Shown here: piece by piece, positions 57,197 to 64,000 of the stretch
Layout: each line of letters begins with the position of its first letter
How positions within the stretch are numbered: the first letter of the stretch is position 1
Origin: Candidatus Poribacteria bacterium
Lineage (GTDB): Bacteria; Poribacteria; WGA-4E; WGA-3G
Length of the DNA: 64,000 nt
Direction of reading: 5' to 3'
NCBI GenBank assembly: GCA_965214095.1
Contig: OZ243938.1
Location: forward strand, 672,001 to 736,000
Translations under genes and position numbers: made by a program
The notes under the pieces: generated by a model
What the model was told of the DNA's origin: nothing
Seen by the model: only the letters and a program-made list of their open reading frames with translations
Databases searched by the model: none

Positions 57197-59347
57197 ATGA
57201 AAAATATCACTTCAATATTAACTACAACCCTTATATTTTACATAGTATTTACTATTAGCACTTTTGCACAGAATACGGTCTCAAAAGATGAAACTCGGTT
57301 TGACCTTGATGGTAACGGTCAACTGAGTACCACAGAAAGCGATCTCATGACAAGGATCTTGAGAATAGAACGGGAGAGCGGTGTCCAATTCAATCAACGC
57401 GAGATACGTGAAATACGCGATGGACAACGTAACGGATTTAACCAATCTCGCGGTGGAGGCAGATCTGGTAGATCACGAGGTTCCAGAACACCTACAGGTC
57501 CGCGTCTAAACCCAGAACAAGTTCAATTCAAAGATGGTACAGCGACGGTTGCCGATCGTGAAACTTTCAAAAAACTCTCATATCAAGGAACAGATGTACG
57601 TATTGATACGCAGCTAATTGGTATTGAGTATGTCAAATTTCAGGTTGAAAATACTAACACAAAAAAACCGCAACTTTATTTCATGAATACGAAGACACAT
57701 CGTTCTCACGGCAGTTTTATGCAAGCAGCTGGATTAAGCAGAGGACAAGGACAGATGCGTGGTGTGCTGAGTTTTCGTCCGCTTTCCACATCCCCAAACG
57801 GTGAACCCGGTGTCTATACCTTTGAATTCAACCCGAATGACGCTTTTCCTTTTACACAAATAAAGATGGTTCATGACCTACTTGTGTCAAAAATGCCTAT
57901 CTTGAAGAATAGATTAGGATATTGTCCATTATGGGGTGCAATTGGAATTTATAATCGGGAGAAATCGTTATACGATGCTGCTGAATTCCCTGTCTATTTT
58001 GAGGACGACATCTATGCTAACATCGGTTTCCTTCCATTAAATATAGCGGAATCCTACGGCATACTACGGATATTAGATACAAATGAACGTCCATCACCTC
58101 GAAACATTGTTATCTGCAAAGCGTTACCGAATGAAATGCCACGAGTTGCTGGTATTATCACAGGGGTTCGCCAAACCCCGCTTTCCCACGTCAACCTTCG
58201 TGCAATACAAGATAAAGTTCCAAATGCATTTATTGACAATGCCTGGGAAAAGGATCGGATTAAACCTCTTATAGGTAAATATGTCTACTACAAGGTCAAC
58301 CACGACGGTTTTGAAATTAGGGAGGCAACGCAAGCGGAGGTAGAAACTCATTTTGCCGGTATCCGTCCTGTGAATACGCAGAAACCTAAACGCAACTTGT
58401 CTATTAAACAGATATTGCCGCTTGATAATATTAGGTTCGGAGATTCATCAAGTTTCGGTGTGAAAACAGCAAATGTGGCAACATTACGGACAATTGATCT
58501 TCCCGATGGTACTGTGCCTGATGGTTTTGGTGTTCCCTTTTACTTTTATGACGAATTTATGAAACATAACGACTTCTATACGAAAGCTGAAACGTTGCTC
58601 AAAGATCTGGGTTCTCAGAATGCACAAGATACGAGAATTGATAAACTCAAGAAGTTCAGAACGCAAATTACAAAGGGGGAGATGCCTGTTTGGATGATGA
58701 CTGCACTGGAAGAAATACAAAAATCCTTTCCTGATGACACGCCTCTGAGATGTCGTTCAAGTACTAACAATGAGGATTTACCCGGATTTAGTGGGGCAGG
58801 ACTATACGATTCCTTCACACACAATCCAGATGAGGGACATCTATCAAAGTCTATTAAACAGGTGTATGCAAGTCTATGGAACTATAGGGCGTTTGAAGCG
58901 CGTGACTTCTATAGGATTGACCATTTCACAACGGCAATGGGTGTCCTTATCCATCCCAATTTCAAGGATGAAGTGGCTAACGGTGTCGCAGTTACAGATG
59001 ATGTCGTATACCAGACAGTAGGGAACTATTACCTCAATACACAAGTTGGTGAGGACCTTGTTACAAATCCTGAAGAACAATCAATTCCAGAGGAGATATT
59101 GTTAGACTGGCGTGATAGTAGTCTTTATAGAATTGTCTCAACATCTAATCGTAAAGCAGACAATGGGAGGATTTTGACAGACAGGTATCTGCGTGAAATA
59201 CGTAGTTATCTCGGCAAAATACACAATAAATTTGACCTGCTTTATACATCTAATTCACAAACGAGTGATTTTGCGATGGAGATTGAATTCAAAATTACCA
59301 AAAATGGGAAACTTTCAATAAAACAAGCGAGACCCTGGGTGCGGTAG
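57197..59347 (+). CDS. Secreted PEP/pyruvate-binding (PPDK N-terminal ATP-grasp) domain protein with an EF-hand
   Basis: Signal peptide ending in STFA; EF-hand DLDGNGQLSTTE; FGVKTAN, VPDGFGVPF, RCRSSTNNEDLPGFSGAGLYDS, EIEFK, KQARPW. Confidence 0.8.
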   Translation: MKNITSILTTTLIFYIVFTISTFAQNTVSKDETRFDLDGNGQLSTTESDLMTRILRIERESGVQFNQREIREIRDGQRNGFNQSRGGGRSGRSRGSRTPTGPRLNPEQVQFKDGTATVADRETFKKLSYQGTDVRIDTQLIGIEYVKFQVENTNTKKPQLYFMNTKTHRSHGSFMQAAGLSRGQGQMRGVLSFRPLSTSPNGEPGVYTFEFNPNDAFPFTQIKMVHDLLVSKMPILKNRLGYCPLWGAIGIYNREKSLYDAAEFPVYFEDDIYANIGFLPLNIAESYGILRILDTNERPSPRNIVICKALPNEMPRVAGIITGVRQTPLSHVNLRAIQDKVPNAFIDNAWEKDRIKPLIGKYVYYKVNHDGFEIREATQAEVETHFAGIRPVNTQKPKRNLSIKQILPLDNIRFGDSSSFGVKTANVATLRTIDLPDGTVPDGFGVPFYFYDEFMKHNDFYTKAETLLKDLGSQNAQDTRIDKLKKFRTQITKGEMPVWMMTALEEIQKSFPDDTPLRCRSSTNNEDLPGFSGAGLYDSFTHNPDEGHLSKSIKQVYASLWNYRAFEARDFYRIDHFTTAMGVLIHPNFKDEVANGVAVTDDVVYQTVGNYYLNTQVGEDLVTNPEEQSIPEEILLDWRDSSLYRIVSTSNRKADNGRILTDRYLREIRSYLGKIHNKFDLLYTSNSQTSDFAMEIEFKITKNGKLSIKQARPWVR

Positions 59348-59399
59348 TTTGACAGTAGAATCCTGCAGAATCCTAGGTTAGAGCATTTCTTAATAATAA

Positions 59400-59570
59400 C
59401 CATAGGCATCAATTTAGCGTCCTTTCAGGCCGGTAGGTTCGGTTTCCTAACCGAACCGGATCTTCCGCGAAAACCTTTATGAACGCTATTGGCACAAACC
59501 CGGTTCGGTTTCCTAACCGAACCTACCGCCCTGAGATTATAGCGTCCTTCCCCTAAATTGATGCCTATGG
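59400..59570. mobile_element. MITE family 2, copy 2
   Basis: Perfect 18-bp TIRs CCATAGGCATCAATTTAG / CTAAATTGATGCCTATGG; imperfect 18-bp direct repeats on the flanks (59382-59399 vs 59571-59588). Confidence 0.8.
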
Positions 59571-59717
59571 AGCATTTCTAAATAAAAACCAATCATTATC
59601 ATATTTCACCATAAGAACATACCGATTACAACTACAACACAAATTCTCTTGATAAATCTTTCTAATGTTGATAAACTAACAACATAAATGTGTTTAAATG
59701 ACATGGAGGACGTAAAG

Positions 59718-60995
59718 GTGAATAGATTCTACGCATTCTTATGTATTATTACCGTTAGCATATTCATGGTTGTTGGATTAGCTGCTATAGGTGAAGCAAC
59801 TACTGAAGAGGAACCACAGCCACCTCAAAAGGAAACCCACCCATCTGAAAAACGTGTTGCAGTTTTGCATTTTAAAGATAACAGTAATTTTGATGATCCA
59901 GTCGGTTGTGGTTGTGTACCAAACTTCGTCGGTGCTGTTTTTAGCACAAAAAAAATGTGGGATTTGGAAGCAGGTTTCGCAACTATGCTTGATCGAAAAC
60001 TCGCAGAAACATCTGTCTACCAACCGGTTTCACGAGATGAACTACTGGATGCTATGGCACAGATGACCTTATCAAGACGTAACCTAATGAAACTTGATAA
60101 AGACCAACGTGCAAAACTTGCTAAACTACTCAATGCGGATGTGCTTATTGTCGGAGAAATAAAAGATTTCGGACAAAGAAGAATGAAGGCAAATGCTTCA
60201 AGGTCTTTGACAGAAAGTGGAAGAGAAACACAATCAGTACCCATATCCACAAGTTATATGACCAGATTTGCAGCTATGGGACACAGAAATAGAGCTTTTG
60301 TAAAACTTAACATGAAATTTTACGAAGCCTCCGGAAATGAAATCGCTACTGTACCAATTAACGTATCTCTTACGGATAGTCTCGCTGGGACAAATATCGC
60401 TGGATTGAAGGCTTCTGTTACTGAATCCGGCTCCGAATTTCAATTTGGACAGACTAAGGAAAAACTTGGAAACCGCACTCGGCCAATCACTAAACCTACA
60501 CAACTAAATAAAATAAAATTCGCTTCTCCTGAGTACGATAGGACTCTTTCTGGTCTAGCAACAAATGAAGCACTTATTAAGACCGTCATTGAACTTAGAG
60601 ATAGCTTTGGCCCAAACTTCATAACGCCATGGGAAACACCTGAGAATAAAGAGGAGCAAAAGAAGCAAATTGACGAAGCAATGGCTAAACGTCCAGTCAA
60701 AATTACTTATGTTGACACCAATGACCCAGATCTGGTTTACATTTACATTAATGCGGGTTCTGCGAAAGGAATAGCGATCGATCAACAGTTTGCAGTATAT
60801 ACTGATGGCGCACCAATCCGAGACGTTGATACAGGTGAAATCCTTGATTATACAAAGAAGAAAATAGCAACTGTCGCTGTTACGGAAATCCTGAACGAGA
60901 AACTCTCTATCGTAAAAATAGTTGAAAAAACAGGGGATATCAAACGAGGGGATTTACTAAAATCACTTACTACAGATGATCCAAAGGAACAATAA
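59718..60995 (+). CDS. Exported CsgG/FlgT-like protein
   Basis: Signal/TM segment, KRVAVLHF, LNADVLIVGEIKDFG, C-terminal YINAG...DVDTGEIL. Confidence 0.65.
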   Translation: MNRFYAFLCIITVSIFMVVGLAAIGEATTEEEPQPPQKETHPSEKRVAVLHFKDNSNFDDPVGCGCVPNFVGAVFSTKKMWDLEAGFATMLDRKLAETSVYQPVSRDELLDAMAQMTLSRRNLMKLDKDQRAKLAKLLNADVLIVGEIKDFGQRRMKANASRSLTESGRETQSVPISTSYMTRFAAMGHRNRAFVKLNMKFYEASGNEIATVPINVSLTDSLAGTNIAGLKASVTESGSEFQFGQTKEKLGNRTRPITKPTQLNKIKFASPEYDRTLSGLATNEALIKTVIELRDSFGPNFITPWETPENKEEQKKQIDEAMAKRPVKITYVDTNDPDLVYIYINAGSAKGIAIDQQFAVYTDGAPIRDVDTGEILDYTKKKIATVAVTEILNEKLSIVKIVEKTGDIKRGDLLKSLTTDDPKEQ

Positions 60996-61011
60996 TTTTG
61001 GAGGGTTTAGT

Positions 61012-62130
61012 ATGAATTTTTCCCATTTTCAATCACTGTTCAGAAATAAGAATACATCAGAATATTTGGTGTATACCATAATCATGACAGTAATATGTTG
61101 TTCTATGATATTTTTCGGTTGTACAGACACATCAAACAAAGAGAAGTCAGATACACTACAAGATGGAAAAGTAGACTCGTCTGAAAAAAAAATAAAAATC
61201 GGGTTATCCATGGATTCTTTACGAGTCGAACGGTGGCAGAAAGACAGGGATATATTCATCCGTGAAGCAGAGAAATTAGGGGCGGAAGTCATTGTACAAT
61301 CTGCCGATGAAGATGCTGTAAAACAGAACGAACAAGCAGAAAATATGATTACACAAGGAGTTGATGTCCTGGTTGTGATTCCAAAGGACAGTGTAGCCTC
61401 ATCTCAAATTGTAAAAGCCGCACATGCAGAAGGAGTCAAGGTAATCGCCTACGATCGGCTGATACGGGAAAGCGAACCGGACCTTTATATCTCCTTTGAC
61501 AACGAACAAGTCGGTTATTTACAAGCAGAATATCTACTCCGACATAAACCTAAAGGAAATTACTTTTTACTCGGTGGGGATCCAGGGGACAACAACGCTC
61601 ACCTACTACGAAAAGGGCAACTTCGCGCACTACAATCTGCAATTGAATCAGAAGATATTAAGTTAGTCGCAGACGCAAAACATTGGGCTGTTGGATGGGA
61701 TCGCAACGATGCACTTAACAAAACAGAACAAGTCCTAACCCAAACAAACAATCAGATAGATGCTGTTGTAGCATCAAATGATGGCACTGCTGGTGGGGTA
61801 ATTCAAGCTCTTGAAGGACAAAATCTTGCAGGGAAAGTTCTCGTTTCTGGACAAGATGCTGACATTGAAGCGTGCCAAAGAATCGCTAAAGGCACACAAA
61901 CCATGACGGTATACAAACCCATTGATCTCATCGCAACAGAAGCTGCACACGCTGCGGTTGCTCTTGCAAAAGGAGAGAAAGTTAAAAAAGCAACACAGAA
62001 AATCAATAATGGGAAAGTTGATGTACCATCAATAATACTCACACCAATTCAAGTTGATAAGGATAACCTTGATAAGGTGATTATTGAAGGCGGATTCCAT
62101 ACACGCGAAAAAGTATATCAATCTAAATGA
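61012..62130 (+). CDS. xylF: D-xylose-type sugar ABC transporter substrate-binding lipoprotein (XylF/ChvE family)
   Basis: ERWQKDRD, IAYDRLI, YISFDN, DNNA, ASNDGTAGG, SGQDAD, QTMTVYKP motifs. Confidence 0.8.
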   Translation: MNFSHFQSLFRNKNTSEYLVYTIIMTVICCSMIFFGCTDTSNKEKSDTLQDGKVDSSEKKIKIGLSMDSLRVERWQKDRDIFIREAEKLGAEVIVQSADEDAVKQNEQAENMITQGVDVLVVIPKDSVASSQIVKAAHAEGVKVIAYDRLIRESEPDLYISFDNEQVGYLQAEYLLRHKPKGNYFLLGGDPGDNNAHLLRKGQLRALQSAIESEDIKLVADAKHWAVGWDRNDALNKTEQVLTQTNNQIDAVVASNDGTAGGVIQALEGQNLAGKVLVSGQDADIEACQRIAKGTQTMTVYKPIDLIATEAAHAAVALAKGEKVKKATQKINNGKVDVPSIILTPIQVDKDNLDKVIIEGGFHTREKVYQSK

Positions 62131-62152
62131 TATATGATTCGGTTTATGTGAG

Positions 62153-63349
62153 TTAACTCAGCAATACAAGGTTATCCCGATGTATAATTTCATCGTAATC
62201 GTGATAACCGAGTATCTTCTTTATGTCCTGAGTCTGTTTTCCGGCAAGTTTAGTAGTTTCTGTAGAATTATAATTGATCAATCCACGCGCAATTTCTACA
62301 CCATTTTCGGTGAAACAGGAGACAGTATCGCTAAAATTAAAATGTCCTTCAACACGTTTAATTCCTGCTGGTAATAAACTCTTGCCACCTTGAATAAGTG
62401 CATCACGTGCTCCATTATCTACAACGACATATCCTTTGGGAGGACGGGAATAGGCGATCCATCTTTTACGACCAGAGATACGTTCATTGGATCGGAAAAG
62501 CGTACCAAGCAGCTCCCCTTTTAAGAGACGCGTGACCACAAGCGGTTCACGTCCATAAGCAATAACCAACATCTCACCAGATGACGTAACGATTTCTGCA
62601 GCTCTCAATTTGGTTATCATGCCACCTGTCCCACTTGTTGTGCCTGCTTCCCCCGCAGATTGCCATATCTCATCTGTAATCACATCAACTGTATGTATGA
62701 GTTCAACATCTGGATTATGTCGTGGGTCTGCTGTAAATAATCCTTGTTGGTCAGAAAGAAGGATAAGCAAATCTGCCTGTGCAAGGTTTGTCACATAAGC
62801 AGATAACGTGTCGTTGTCACCAACTTTTATTTCATCTACGGCGACACTGTCATTTTCATTGATAATAGGAATCGCGCCGAGTTGAAGAAGTGCATGTAAT
62901 GCGTCATTCATGCGGGTATAACGCTTTCTGTCTGAAAAATCGTCTTGGGTGAGTAACAACTGGGCAGGACATTGACCATAAAAACGGAATCGTTCTTCAT
63001 AAGCAGACATCAACCGAATCTGTCCAACTGCGGCAGCTGCCTGCAATACAGGGAGGGTTTGTTGGTGGGAATTCACACCCAAATGCGGAAGGCCAGCAGC
63101 AATCGCTCCAGAGGTAACAAGTATTACCTCTATTCCATTTTTCTTGACAGTCGCTAAATCGTGAACTAATCCATCAAGTGCTGATTCGTTGATGCGATAA
63201 TCGTCTGAAATCGTACTACTACCGACCTTTACAACTATACGTCTAACTTCAGATAGCGATTCACGTCCATGTGTCAACTTGGCTTTGTCTATTTCTTTCA
63301 CCTTTTTAGGAACTTTGTTTTGTAGGAATATTTCTTCGGTTTTATCCAT
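62153..63349 (-). CDS. proB: Glutamate 5-kinase
   Basis: VVKVGSS, VTSGAIAAG, PIINEND, GDNDTLSA, GTGGMITK, C-terminal PUA domain. Confidence 0.95.
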   Translation of the reverse strand: MDKTEEIFLQNKVPKKVKEIDKAKLTHGRESLSEVRRIVVKVGSSTISDDYRINESALDGLVHDLATVKKNGIEVILVTSGAIAAGLPHLGVNSHQQTLPVLQAAAAVGQIRLMSAYEERFRFYGQCPAQLLLTQDDFSDRKRYTRMNDALHALLQLGAIPIINENDSVAVDEIKVGDNDTLSAYVTNLAQADLLILLSDQQGLFTADPRHNPDVELIHTVDVITDEIWQSAGEAGTTSGTGGMITKLRAAEIVTSSGEMLVIAYGREPLVVTRLLKGELLGTLFRSNERISGRKRWIAYSRPPKGYVVVDNGARDALIQGGKSLLPAGIKRVEGHFNFSDTVSCFTENGVEIARGLINYNSTETTKLAGKQTQDIKKILGYHDYDEIIHRDNLVLLS

Positions 63350-63360
63350 TTTCTGTCACT

Positions 63361-64000
63361 TCATCTGATTACTTTCGGACTATAAGTAAACTCAAAATCA
63401 TCAATCTGAATTGTATCACCTTCTTTGACGCCAGCACGAGTAAGGGCGTTTATTACTCCCATCTTTTTGAGTTTGCGGAATAGTAGCATCAATGCTTGTT
63501 CATTCTCAAAGTCTGTCATCACAACAGCACGTTTCGGTTCATCACCACTTACAACAAATCCAGTATCGATCTCTTGGATTTCAAACCGTGTACGTGGTTC
63601 AGGTGGTAGTTCCTGTTCCAAGATAATTGTTGATTCAGCTTGTTCACGCGCCTTTGCATCAAGGTATTGTAAGGAACGGTACGCCTGTTGCATGAGTGAA
63701 TTGACTCCTTCGCCTGTAATACTGGATATTGTGAAGACTTTTCGTTTACCAAAGTATTCCTGCACCCGTTGTATATTCTCCTTCGCTTCAGGCATATCAA
63801 TCTTATTGAGGGCAATGATTTGAGGAAGATCAGTCAACAATGGGTTGTAATGACCGAGTTCAAGATTAAGCTGCTCATAGTCTTTGATAGGGTCTCGACC
63901 ATCGGCAGCACTAAGATCAATCACATGTATCAACATCTTTGTACGTTCAATATGTCGCAAGAATTGGTGTCCCAAACCTGCCCCTTTATGCGCGCCATCT
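63361..64000 (-). CDS. obgE: GTPase ObgE/CgtA, C-terminal part (gene begins beyond the window)
   Basis: GLGHQFLRHIERT, ALNKID, ISSITGEG and the C-terminal LKKMGV..AL..AG.KEGDTIQI domain. Confidence 0.92.
   Translation of the reverse strand, partial: DGAHKGAGLGHQFLRHIERTKMLIHVIDLSAADGRDPIKDYEQLNLELGHYNPLLTDLPQIIALNKIDMPEAKENIQRVQEYFGKRKVFTISSITGEGVNSLMQQAYRSLQYLDAKAREQAESTIILEQELPPEPRTRFEIQEIDTGFVVSGDEPKRAVVMTDFENEQALMLLFRKLKKMGVINALTRAGVKEGDTIQIDDFEFTYSPKVIR

Overview
Bacterial chromosomal window. The gene content (three PhyH dioxygenases, signal-anchored WD40 and TPR proteins, the 'FxADEMERHGF' domain, Rpn and DUF262 paralogs, LpxI) suggests Candidatus Poribacteria or a similar lineage; this is inference. 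The most notable feature is a co-directional defence cluster at 2.3-12.0 kb. It encodes an Ssp-type DNA phosphorothioation module (DUF4007/sspB with a frameshift near its 3' end, ATPase/sspC, PAPS-reductase-like/sspD), followed without large gaps by a sulfur-binding-domain HNH nuclease, a catalytically inactive long-B prokaryotic Argonaute and a two-TM putative effector. A mosaic, tandemly amplified region follows (12-20 kb), with Rpn nuclease genes carrying internal RBS/starts, an orphan Rpn C-terminal ORF, phage-like HTH remnants, MITEs and four copies of the rbsK promoter. The remainder holds housekeeping genes (rbsK, birA, trpC, trpD, lpxI, coaD, pyrK, bioB, serS, tRNA-Val, tRNA-Asp, proB, obgE), a PhyH/oxidoreductase/sulfatase-like cluster, a five-gene WD40 array, a TonB receptor with a sigma54-type promoter and two DUF262 paralogs. 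No CRISPR array or rRNA was seen. All assignments come from reading motifs by eye; no database searches were run.
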